From NCBI RefSeq assembly GCF_004010195.1, contig NC_057719.1:91127978-91191977 (forward strand): a stretch of DNA of 64,000 bases, in the 5' to 3' direction. The position numbers and the translations under genes are program-made. The DNA comes from Chiloscyllium plagiosum (taxonomy: Eukaryota). Below the pieces are notes generated by a model. The model worked only from the letters and a program-made list of their open reading frames with translations, was not told the origin of the DNA and searched no databases. Below are positions 52,790 through 64,000 of the stretch, piece after piece; position 1 is the first letter of the stretch, and each line of letters starts with the position of its first letter.

Positions 52790-53790
52790 ATTGAAGTTCA
52801 TGAGGTCACTGAACGTGAGCATGCAGGTTCAGCAGGCAGTCAAGGCAGCAAATGGTCTGTTGGCCTTCAAAGCAAAATATTTGAGTACAGGAGCACAGAT
52901 GACTTGCTAGAGTTACAGAGTATCTTGGTAAGACCACACCTGAAATGTGTGCGCAGTTTTGGTTTTATCTGTGGAAGGATGGCCTTGCTACAGAGCACAT
53001 GCACTGAACATTTACCAAAGTAATTCGTGGGATGGTGGAAATGACTCATGAGGACAGGTTGAATAGGTTAGAAATGTATTTGCAGCAGAAATAGGGGAAA
53101 TCGCATTGAACCTATAAACTTCTAACAGGACTAGGCAGGGTAATGCAGAAAGGATATTCCCAATAACAGGGAAGTCCAGAACCAGGGGTCACTGTCTCAG
53201 GATTCAAGATGAAGAATTTAGGACTGAAATGAGGAAAGATTTCTTCACCTAGATTGATGAAGCTGTGAAATTAGCAAACACAAAAAACACTCTATAGAGA
53301 GTCATAGAGATGTACAGCACGGAAACAGCCCCTTTGGTCCAACTCGTCCATGTCGACCAGATATCCCAACCCAATCTAGTCCCACCTGCCAGCACCTGGC
53401 CCATATCCCTCCAAATCCTTCCTATTCATATATCCATCCAAATGCCTCTTAAATGTTGCAATTATACTAGCCTCCACCACTTCCTCTGGCAGCTCATTCC
53501 ATACACGTACTACCCTCTGCATGAAAAAGTTGCCCCTTAGGTTTCTTTTATGTCTTTCCCCTCTCACCCTAAACCTATGCCCTCTAGTTCTGGACTCACC
53601 CACCCCATGGAAAAGACTTTGTCTATTTATCCTATCCATGCCCCTCACGTATGGTTTCCATAATGAGTTGAACGTGGCACTTGGGGCTGAAAGGATCAAA
53701 GAATGTGGGGAAAAGGCAGGAACAGGTAATTAAGTTGAATGACAAGGCAGGCTTGAAGGGCAAAATAGCCCATTCCTGCTCCTATTTCTG
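52790..53790. mobile_element. Old + strand CR1 remnant with a younger minus-strand CR1 3' end inserted at about 53295-53647
   Basis: QVQQAVKAANGLLAF on + and FFMQRVVRVWNELPEEVV on minus. Confidence 0.8.
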
Positions 53791-54229
53791 TCTCAATATA
53801 AGGCAGCATAGTTTTGGATGACCAAGTTTATGAACAGCATTAAGTGAAACATTAGCGAGGACAGCACTGGAGTAATCCCCAGTTTAAAAAAAACTTTGCT
53901 TTTTCCTTTGCCTTCATAACCTGAGACTCCAGATATCATTTTTTGCATTCTATCAACATCACTCCAAACTATGTGACTGAAGACTGCTCTTTCTGAAAAG
54001 TCATCAAAACAAAATTGCTATTGCAACATTATTACTGCAGTAGCTTACAATGAGCTTAAGATGCATTTCATGTCAATTTTATTAGCAGTATTAGTAGTAA
54101 TTCAAAAACACGTCAAAATTCATGGATGGTCCTAGAATGAACGGATGGTCCTAGAAGTAGCACCTGAATTGAAGACTAACTGAAATAGACTAACTGCCTA
54201 GTGAAACAAGAAACAAAATGTAAAGCTGC

Positions 54230-54545
54230 ATTGAGAACATTGTTGAGCGTAGGTTGCTCTCACTCCAAGATGCAGATCACCATGGACCCCTGGGCACCCC
54301 CAAGCCAAGGTGCAGATCATCATTGAGCCTGGCCGCTCCCCACAAGGTGTAGAACATCTTCAAACCAGGTTGCCCCATCCTAAAATGAGGAACATCACTC
54401 AACCCAGATCACTTACAATAGATTGCCACTGAACAAGGATGCTCCCACACAAAGGCAGCAGAACATCATTAAAGTGTTGGTTGCCCTCACCAAAGTTGCA
54501 GAATATCATCAAGCCAGTTGGAATTGGACATCACTCCAAGGCACA
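54230..54545. repeat. Degenerate minisatellite, unit about 40 bp
   Basis: About 8 units resembling gaacatcattgagccaggttgctcccactccaaggtgca. Confidence 0.7.
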
Positions 54546-54759
54546 GCTCCTAAGTCTGAAAACATTCCTTTTGTCTTTAATCCCATGTATTAATAGCAGC
54601 TGTATTTGCATTTAAAACAAATTGTTTTTTCTTTTGCTGATAAAGTAAGAAGAACAGTATATATCAAAGTAGTAATCAGTTCTTCTGAGGTGATCAGGTA
54701 GGAGGCTGGAGACTACATGAATCGGAGAATAGCTGGAATACAGTTTCTACTGCAAACCG

Positions 54760-55320
54760 ATCCAGGTTTCATCTTGCCAAGATAATTCATGCAGGATATG
54801 GTGATTGTAAGGTCGTCAGTAGGTGGACCTCAGAATATGAGTTCCCTGACTGGGGCTGTTAACTTGATCTAAGCAGGGAGGCCTGGCTGACAGATAAAAA
54901 TAGCAATATTAAACAGCCTGTTCATTCTGAGAGCTGGTTCTGAGGAAGCTGGATCAGTGTCAAGGATTCTCCATGTGCAAGTAAAGTGGATGGGACCAGC
55001 ATCTGTGGAGTTATTTCACAGGGAATCACACAATGTGTTATTTTTGTATTAGGATAACATAGGTGAAGTTCCACAAACTACTGTAATCTACATGATCTCG
55101 TTACTGAGTAACTGTTATTATCAATAAGTTTATTCCATTGCTTCTGACATAAACCATTTCTTTGATAGCAATCATTTCACAACTTCCTGAGAAAATTTGC
55201 ATCCTATCCAACAAGCTAAATACAGCACTATAGAAATCTATTCCATCCAGTTTAACACATCACCAGGCAGCATCAACCTACAGAAGGGATAGTCCTAGCA
55301 TCTGAATGGAATTTTAAGTC
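54760..55320 (-). pseudogene. Candidate HN/RBP-like EVE fragment interrupted by the LTR-like element
   Basis: RTIPSV, EMIAIKEMVYVRSNGINLLIITV and YSS(C)GTS...TLCDS, then ITISCMNYLGKM (compare IVLDIVNYDGSI) beyond the LTR. Confidence 0.4.
54806..55018 (+). mobile_element. Short solo-LTR-like element
   Basis: TGTAA...TTTCA ends and LTR-like internal signals; TSD not evident. Confidence 0.45.
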
Positions 55321-55849
55321 ATGAAGTGTTGCTAAGATTTCAAATTAGGAAGATTAGTTTACAGGAAGAATGAAAAGGCAAGGAGTTCTACAATTTTGAG
55401 CCTGGAAAGAAATTAACAAGAAATGGAACAAGAATCAGCATATCGGACACTCAAGTTCTTGAAATAAATATATATGCATTTAAAAATTCAAATAAATATA
55501 TTAAGTAGGAACCCTTTAATGCCTAACTCAAAACTACTAAGCTTCTAAACTTACTTGGAAGATAAACACAGAATGTGGTACTAAAATTAGAGTGGCCATC
55601 TGATTTTTCAGGCAAGACTTTTTGTCCTCTTTACAGAATTTTATTTTGTATGTGTGTGGCTTCAGACATACACCATTAACATTATTATTTCAAAAACAAG
55701 TTAGGACATACACTTTTTCTCAGTAAACTGAATAGTGGGCTGTGGGATGGAAATCAACTGTATCACATACACGTGGGTCAGTTACAAATGATGTCTGATC
55801 AATTGATTCTATAATAAATAATTTATTGTTGTGTCTTTGGCCCATAGCT

Positions 55850-56400
55850 TATTATGCAAAGTTTGTTTAGGATACCTGCTTCAGATTTTGCCCAATAATC
55901 TCTGATAGGCTCAAGTTCACAGTTTCCAGTTTTGGAATTTGCACTTAATTTAATGAACATTGACATAATCTCACCCACATATTGGGAAAATGAAGCAAGA
56001 ACATGGTCTTACAAAAGTGTTACTGATTACGGAGCTTGTAGAAATATGGAACAATTTAAAATTCTGTGGACAGATTTAATCTTTATTCTTTTCTGAATAT
56101 TTATATTCTGAATATGCTTTCAGAAGATTTTACTATTGCTGGGCAAATTGACTTCAACTGTAAAAGACTGATTTGAGAGAGATACAAGACCAACTTTCAC
56201 AGTAAATAGGACAAGTGGTATAGATCTCATATGGTATCTTATGTGACAGTCCTCTCTGCAGCTATGCCAAATATCAGTTGGCAACTGCATCCCAAGTATT
56301 AGATCAATTCTAGATCTTTGATGAGCAGGTATTGCTGCAATTAACACACAGTGGTGAACCAGTTTGTTCTACAGGGCTGTGATCCACAAAAAAATCTTTG
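55850..56400 (-). pseudogene. Weak candidate L protein N-terminal EVE fragment
   Basis: QYLLIKDL...DLYHLSYLL...LKSICPAIV...VGEIMSMF follow the L N-terminal order, but the GHP motif is not seen. Confidence 0.3.
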
Positions 56401-56506
56401 AGCACTGTTTAAATTACTAAACAATGCTTAGTTGGGAGCACTGTTAAATTGTGAGAAATATTCCTTCAACAGATTCAAATTCTCCAATTCAGTGGTATCC
56501 TACTCA

Positions 56507-56701
<195 letters not shown>

Positions 56702-57719
56702 CTAAGTTAAAAGAGTAAAATAATGGGTCAGATACAGGGGCTCTGGGATAGTAACAGAGAAAATAATAAGTGGCAGTGATGAGAAGCAAGGATCTTAACT
56801 TAAGTTTCAGAACTCCTTGCAGTAAAGCTCAAGAGAATTTTGGTCTTTCCAAAGTGAGAATCCCACTGGGAAATCAGTGTTAATGGTAACGTAGAATTTC
56901 AGCTTTGCTGAAACCAAGATGACCAACATGTGGCACTTTGAAGGATCATAAATGAACCATAAGTTTACTGAATAGATGTAAATGGTCAACAACAAATAGT
57001 CTATATTGCCTCTGAAGAGTTTACAGACATGGTTTTGAATTCAGCCATATTTTCAAATACTACAAAAAGAATCTGTAAACTTACCAAACCCTTAACTACA
57101 AAATCAAAACAACCCAGATAGATTTAAAACTACTGATAACTGGGAAGAAAACAGTGAAAGGGGTTTGTTGAATTTTGGTTTACATCCTTCTATAGCACTG
57201 TATCACATTCAATATTTCACAGGCATACTTTATTTGGATGCGAGTGCAAGTTATTTTGTGAAACAGATCCTCCCAGCTATGGAGGAGCAGACATTTACTT
57301 ATAAGCTTTATCATCACACCACTGCAGTAACAAAGCATAATTTTGAAAATATCTTAATTATTGCTAATAAGTCAATTCTGTTACATAGCAGGGTTTTGAC
57401 AAACTGGTTAAGTTGTAAGAGCTTGGCCAGTCATGCTAAGCTGTGGAAAAATCATGGTTTTTTTTGGATATTGCCACCTTGAAGATTGTCCATCATTTTA
57501 TCACTCCATAACCTGCCTCCTGTAAAGACAGAGGATCTGTGCAACAGCCTAATTCTTTTCCATGATTTTAAAGATAAGTCTTCATAAAACCACGCAGTGG
57601 CCAAATAAAAATGAAATTTCTGCACCAGGTGTACAGGGTGCAGTTAGCAGAATTATTCAGATGCTACAAAAAAGATAGATTAACTTATCTTCTTAATCAG
57701 TTAGGTGCCCTAGACTTTC

Positions 57720-59072
57720 AGTGAGAAACAGTCCAAAACAAGGGGGCAGAAGAACAGAGCGATAAAAAGACAGGACTGCAAGAGTGAACAGGTAGGAGCA
57801 TGAGGGAGAGCGGCAGCGTTTTTTGGCAAACCTGCAAACTGAGTAAAGTGGGCTCTTTTTCATTACATGTTTTACTCAGATCTTCTCTTGATTAAAACTT
57901 AAAAACATAAACATAAAGGATGGAACAGTGTTTTGAAGAGCAGTAAAACTGTGCTATTTTCCGGATCTATAGATCGTTAAAATGCAAAGATAGCCTTTAA
58001 TAGAGTGATGTGCTCTTCTTGTCAGATGTGAGAGATTAGGGAGCGATTCCATGTTACTGATGATTATATCTGCAGTAAGTGTGCTTGCATGTGAATCCCA
58101 TCAGATTGCATGAACCGGTTGGAGCGGCAGTTCGAGACAATGAGGAATATACAGGAACTAGGGGGTGTGATGGATGGCAGTTATTGGAAAGGAGAAAACC
58201 ACAGATACAGTCAGGTAGATGAGTTAGCTCTGGGAAAGGTAGGAAGGGGAGGCAGGTATTGCTGGAATCCCCTGTGGCTCCACTCATCTCAAACAACAAT
58301 GCTGTTTTGGAAAATGTAGGGGGTGATGGACTCTCAGGGGAATGCAGCATGAACAGCCAAGTTTCTGGTACTGACGCTGGCTCTCATGTAACGAGAGGTA
58401 CATCAGGTACCAAGCGATTGATTGCGATAAGGGACTGTCCAGTCAGAGGCAGAGGCAGAGGCACAGACAGACCTTTCTGAGGCAGAAAGTGTGAAATCAG
58501 AATGGTGTGCTGCCTCCCTATTGCCAGCATCAAGGATATCCAGAGTATTGAGTACAGGAGTTGGGAGGGCATGTTGCGGCTGTACAGTACACTGGTTAGG
58601 CCACCGTTGGAATATTGCGTGCAATTCTGGTCTCCTTTCTATCGGAAAGATATTATGAAACTTGAAAGGGTTCAGAAAAGATTTACAAGGATGTTGCCAG
58701 GGTTGGAGGATCTGAGCTACAGGGAGAGGCTGAACAGGCTGGGGCTCTTTTCCCTGGAGCGTCGGAGGCTGAGGGGTGACCTTATAGAGGTTTACAAAAT
58801 TATGAGAGGCATGGATAGGATAAATAGGCAAAGCCTTTTCCCTGGGGCAACTTTTTCATGCAGAGGGTGGTACGTGTATGGAATGAGCTGCCAGAGGATG
58901 TGGAGGAGGCTGGTAACATTTAAGAGGCATTTGGATGGGTATATGAATAGGAAGGGTTTGGAGTGATATGGGTCGGGTGCTGGCAGGTGGGACTAGATTG
59001 GGTTGGGATATCTGGTCAGCATGGACAGGTTGGACCGAAGGGTCTGTTTCCATGCTGTACATCTCTATGACT
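57720..59072 (+). mobile_element. Internally deleted CR1: 5' UTR/ORF1 fused to the ORF2 3' end
   Basis: ORF1 MVCCLP..SIKDI joins directly to QSIEYRSW...LEYCVQFWSP at about 58540. Confidence 0.9.
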
Positions 59073-61955
59073 CTAAGTATACTCCTACTGCCTTTATACT
59101 CTAAGGATTCACTTGATCTCTGCTGTCTATACCTGACATATGCTTCCTTCGTTTTAACCAGAACCTCAATTTCTCTAGTCATCCAGCATTCCTTACACCC
59201 ACCAGCCTTTCCTTTCACCCTAACAGGAACATAGTGTCTCTGGACTCTCATCAGCTAAATTTTGAAGGCTTCCCATTTTCCAGCCGTCTCTTTACGCACT
59301 ATATCCATCCCCCCAATCAATGTTTGTAAGTTCTTGCCTATCATCATCAAAACTGGTCTTCCTCCAATTTAGAACTTGAACTTTTAGATCCTGTCTATCC
59401 TTTACCATCACTATTTTAAAACTAATAGAATTATGGTTGCTGACCCCAAAGTGCTCCCCCAATGACACCTCAGTCACCTGCCCTGCGTTATTTCCCAAAA
59501 ATAGGTCAAGATTTGCACCTTCTCTAGGAGGTACATCCACATATTGAATCAGAAAATTTTCTTGTACACACTTAACAAATTCCTCTCTATCTGAACCCTT
59601 AACACCATGGCAATCCTAGTCTATGTTGGACTATTTAGTGTCATGCGCAAATTTACTAACCCATCCTTCTACGTCCTCATCCAGGTCATTTATAAAAATG
59701 ACAAACAGCAGTGGCCACAGAACAGATCCTTGCACTACAACACTGGTAACTGAACTCCAGGATGAACATTTCCCATCAACAACTACCCTCTGTCTTCTTT
59801 CAGCTAGCCAATTTCTGATCCAAACAGCTAAATCACCCTCAATCCCATGCCTCCGTATTTTGTGCAATAGCCTACTGTGGGGAACCTAATCAAACGCCTT
59901 ACTGAAATCCATATACACCACATCAACTGCTTTACCCTCATCCACCTGTTTGGTCACCTTCTCAAATAACTCAACAGATTTGTGTGGCACGACCTATCTT
60001 TCACAAAACAGTGTTGACTATCCCTAATCAACTTATTCCTTTCTAGATTATTATAAATCCTATCATCCTTTCCAATACTTTACCCACCACTGAAGCAAGG
60101 CACACTGGTCTATAATTACCAGAGTTGTCTCTACTCCCTTCTTGAACAAGGGAACAACATTTGCTATCCTCCAGTGTTCTGGCACTATTCCTTAGACAAT
60201 GATGACAAAGATCAAAGCCAAAGGCTCTGCAATCTGCTCCCTGGCTTCTCAGAGAATCCTAGGATAAATCCCATCCAGCCCAGGGGACTTATCTACTTTC
60301 ACACTTTCCAGAATTGTTAACACCTCCTCCTCATGAATCTCATCTGGTCTAATAGCCTGTATCTTAGCATTCTCCTCAACAACATTATCTTTTTCCAGTG
60401 TGAATACAGATAAAAAAAATTCATTTCGTGCCTCTTCAATCACTTGGGACTCTATACACAACTTCCCATTACTGTCCTTGACAGACCCTAATCTTACCCT
60501 AGTCCTTCTTTTATTCCTGACATAGCTATGGAAAGCTTTAGGTTTTCCTTGATCCTATCGGCCAAAGACTTCACATGTCTTCTCCTGGCTCTTCTTAGCT
60601 CTCTCTTTAGGTCTTTCCAAGCTAACTTGTAATTTGTAACGCTCAAGCGCCCTAACTGAGCCTTCATGTCTCATCCTAACATAAGCCTCCTTCTTCCTCT
60701 TGACGAGAGATTCAACTTTTTTAGTAAACCATGGCTCTCTTGCTCAACCACTTCCTGCCTGACAGATACTTAGTTATCAAGGACATGCAGTAGCTACTCC
60801 TTGAAGAAACTCCATATTTCAATTGCGCCCATCCCCTGAAGTTTCCTTTCCCTTCCGATGCATTCTAAATCTTGCCTAATCGCATCACAATTTCCTTTCC
60901 CGCAGCTATAACTCTTGCCCCAAGGTATATACTTTCCATTGTTAAAGTAAACACAACCGAATTGTGGTCACCATCACCAAAGTGCTCAACTACTTCCAAA
61001 TCTAACACCTGGCCCGGTTCATTACCAGTACCAAATCCAAAGTGGCCTCGCCTCCTGTTGGCCTGTCTACATACTGTGTCAGGAAACCCTCCTGCACATT
61101 TGGATAAAAACTGACCCAGATAAAGTACTCAAATGATAGCCTCTCCAGTCAATATTTGGAAAGTTAAAGTAGTGCATGACAACTATCCTGTTATTGTCAC
61201 TCCTATCCAGAATCATCTTTGCAATCCTTTCCTCTACATCTCTGGAACTTTTCAGAGGCATATAAAAATCTTTCCTTTCCTGTTTCTAATCTTAGCCTAT
61301 ACCACATCAGTAGATGAGTCCTCATCAGACATCCTTATTGCCACTGTAATACTGTCCTTGACTAACAATACCACACCTTCCCCTCTTTTACCACCTTCCC
61401 TGCTCTTATTGAAACAGTGAAATCCCAGAACTTGCAACAACCATTCTTGTCCCTGCTCTATCCATGTCTCCAAAATGACCACCACATCAAAGTCCCAGGT
61501 ACCAATCCATGCTGCAAGTTCACCCACCTTATCCTGGATGCTCCTGGCATTGAATTAGACACATTTCAAACCACATTCCTGCTGCTGCTACACTCTGCGA
61601 TCTTGAAACTTTATTTATGACCTCACTACTCAACCTCCTGGACACAGGAGCTATAATTCATGTTCCCATGCCCCTGCTGAATTAGTGGTTCAGGTGTAGA
61701 CCATCTTGTTTGTAGGGATCCCACCTACCCCAGAATGAGTCCTATTATCCAGGTATCTGAATCCCTCCTTCCTGCACCATACATGAAGCCACATGCTCAA
61801 CTGCTCTCTCTCCCTATTCCTCACCTCGCTAGCACGTGGCATGGGTAACAAACTAGAGATAACAATTCTTTGTTCTAGATCTAAACTTCTACCAGAGCAC
61901 CTTGAATTACTGCCTTACATCTCCATCCCTTTTCCTACGTACGTCGTCAGTGCCG
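59073..61955 (-). mobile_element. CR1 LINE fragments (two subfamilies: endonuclease 59073-59630; ORF1 end, EN and RT 59631-61955)
   Basis: [21 protein letters not shown]...KFAHDTK, KSPGLDG and GTWDFDVV motifs. Confidence 0.92.
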
Positions 61956-61959
61956 TCGT

Positions 61960-63515
61960 TTGCTGGGCCCTGTGCTGAGATATTTGGATCACTGATAGTC
62001 ACAGGTTAGGTGCCAGAAGACTGGAAGTTGGCTATGTGGTGTCACTATTTAAGAAAGGTGGTAAGGAAAAGCCAGGGAACTATAGACCAGTGAGCCTGAC
62101 GTCAGTGGTGAACAAGTTGTTGAATGGAATCCAAGGGATAGGATTTACATGTATTTGGAAAGGCAAGGACTGGATTGGTCTAGTCAACATGGCTTTGTGC
62201 ATGGGTAATCATGTCTCAAACTTGAGTTTTTTGGAGTAGTAAAGAAGTGGGTTGATGAGGGCAGAGTGGTGGACGTGATCCACATGGATTTCAGTAAGGC
62301 TTTCAACAAGATTCCTCATGGTAGATTGAGTGGCAAGTTAGATCACACTGAAAACAGGGAGAACTAGTCATTTGGATACAGAACTGGCTCAAAGGTTGAA
62401 GACAGAGGGTGGTGGTGGAGGGTTGCTTTTCAGACTGGAAATCTGTGACCAATGGTGTACCACAAGGATTGGTGCTGGGTCTGCTATTCGGATTATCCGG
62501 CAAGATCGCAAGGTCCTGATGCTTGGCTAAACTATGTTATCCAGCATTCGAAATACTGAACAAAATACTCTCTGCTCATGTCCTTCGGATATTCGAGGTT
62601 CCACTGTAGTCAGTAAGTTGCAGATGACACTAAAATTTGAGGTGTAGTGGACAGCAACGAAGGTTACCTCAGAGTACAATGGGACCTTGATCAGACGGGC
62701 TAATGGACCAAGGAATGGCAGATGGAGTTTAATTTAGATAAATGTGAGGTGCTGCATTTTGGAAAGGCAAATCAGGGCATATACACTTAATGGTAAAGAC
62801 TTGGGGAGTACTGCTAAATAAAGAGACCTTGGAGTGCAGGTTCAGAGTTCCTTGAAAGTGAAATTGCAGGTAGATTGGATAGTGAAGATGACATTTGGTA
62901 TGCTTTCCTTTATTGGTCAGAGCACTGAGTATAGGAGTTGAGAGGTCTTGTTGCTGGATAGGACATTGTTAGGCCACTTTTGGAATATTGCATGCAATTC
63001 TGGTCTCCCTCCTACTGGAAGGACATTGCAAAACTTGATTTACAAGGATGTTGCCAGGGTTTGAGCTATTGGGAGAGGCTAAATAGGCTGGCATATTGGA
63101 CGCTGAGGGGTGATCTTATAGAGGTTTATAAAATCATGAGTGGCAGGGATAGACTAAGTAGACAAGGTGTTTTCCTCTCATTGATAGACTAAGTAGACAA
63201 GGTGTTTTCCTCTCATTCCCCCAAAATTTGAGGGAATATGTTTAGAGTGAGAGGGGAAAGATGTAAAAGGATCTAAGGAGCAACTTTTCAACACAGAGGG
63301 TGGTGCATGAAAAGAATGACCTGCCAGAGGAGTGGAGGTGGCTGGTACAATTGCAACATTTAAAAGGCATCTGGATGGGTAAATGAACTGGAAGGATTTA
63401 GAGGGATATGGGCCAAGTGCTGGCAAATGGGACTAGATTAGTTAAGGATATCTGGTCGACATGGACAAGTTGGACCGAGAGGTCAGTTTCCATGTTGCAC
63501 ACCTCTGTGACTATG
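61960..63515 (+). mobile_element. CR1/HER1-like LINE RT and 3' end
   Basis: LFKKG..KPGNYRPVSLTS, ADDTK and EYCMQFWSP motifs. Confidence 0.92.
62485..62606. mobile_element. Truncated Tigger-like MITE inside the CR1
   Basis: Right TIR ttcggatattcgaggttccactg followed by TA, related to 27599-28328. Confidence 0.72.
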
Positions 63516-63869
63516 AATGAGTAGATTTGTTTAGAGGTACTTGAGTAATCTTAGGAGGATGTTCCTAGTTCAACCTAGCAAACCTTAGCATTGAAACAGC
63601 CTGCAAAACTAAATTCAAAAGGGATAGAGTAACTAGTAATGGCCTGAAAGACCCAATTCTTTTTTAGGCTCACATTTTGTTCATTCTAGAGTAGGGAATC
63701 TAAGTGAGAATCGAAAGATTGTAATTAGAATACAGTTTGACCAATACTTATATCAATCTGCAACAGAAAACGGACAAATACATGTCTTACGCTATTTGAA
63801 AAGCAAAAGGTGCAGCCACATCTCCCTACCTAATGATCCTCATAAACACACTATCACAATTGATAGAAG

Positions 63870-64000
63870 ACAGAAAAGTTTCAGATACAGTTAGGTAGAT
63901 GGGTTAACTCTCGGAAAGCTAGGGGAGAGAGGCACATGGTGGTGGAGTCTCCCGTGCCTGTCCCCATCTGAAACAAGTGCGCTGTTTTGGAAAATGTAGG
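63870..64000 (+). mobile_element. CR1 ORF1 fragment, runs off the window
   Basis: Similar to 58200-58320 (ESPVPVPI*NKCAVLENV). Confidence 0.75.

Noticed and set aside
54230..54545. CRISPR-like periodic array
   Set aside because: Eukaryotic context, degenerate contiguous units, no unique spacers and no cas genes.
57165..57482. 105-aa ORF in non-repeat sequence
   Set aside because: No recognisable motif, no convincing splice sites and a non-ATG start.
63148..63217. Perfect 35-bp tandem duplication
   Set aside because: Local duplication inside a dead CR1; similar small duplications near 1585-1628 and 54124-54155 also lack functional signs.

Overview
Eukaryotic, repeat-rich genomic DNA, most likely from a shark or other elasmobranch (HE1-type SINEs and HER1/CR1-type LINEs dominate). 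The window lies inside a minus-strand tau-tubulin kinase 2 (TTBK2) gene. Five GT-AG exons with compatible phases encode the end of the kinase domain and part of the C-terminal tail; the other exons lie outside the window. The introns contain CR1 LINEs, HE1 SINEs, Penelope-like elements with minimal hammerhead ribozyme motifs, a Tigger/Pogo-like MITE, a hAT MITE and solo LTRs. The most unusual signal is a set of decayed, non-repeat intronic segments. By manual translation these resemble N, M, F, HN/RBP and L proteins of a paramyxovirus-like (Mononegavirales) virus, scattered on both strands. These viral calls come from by-eye comparison with remembered protein motifs, across stops and frameshifts, and need a profile search to confirm. 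Repeat boundaries are approximate unless a TSD or TIR is given.
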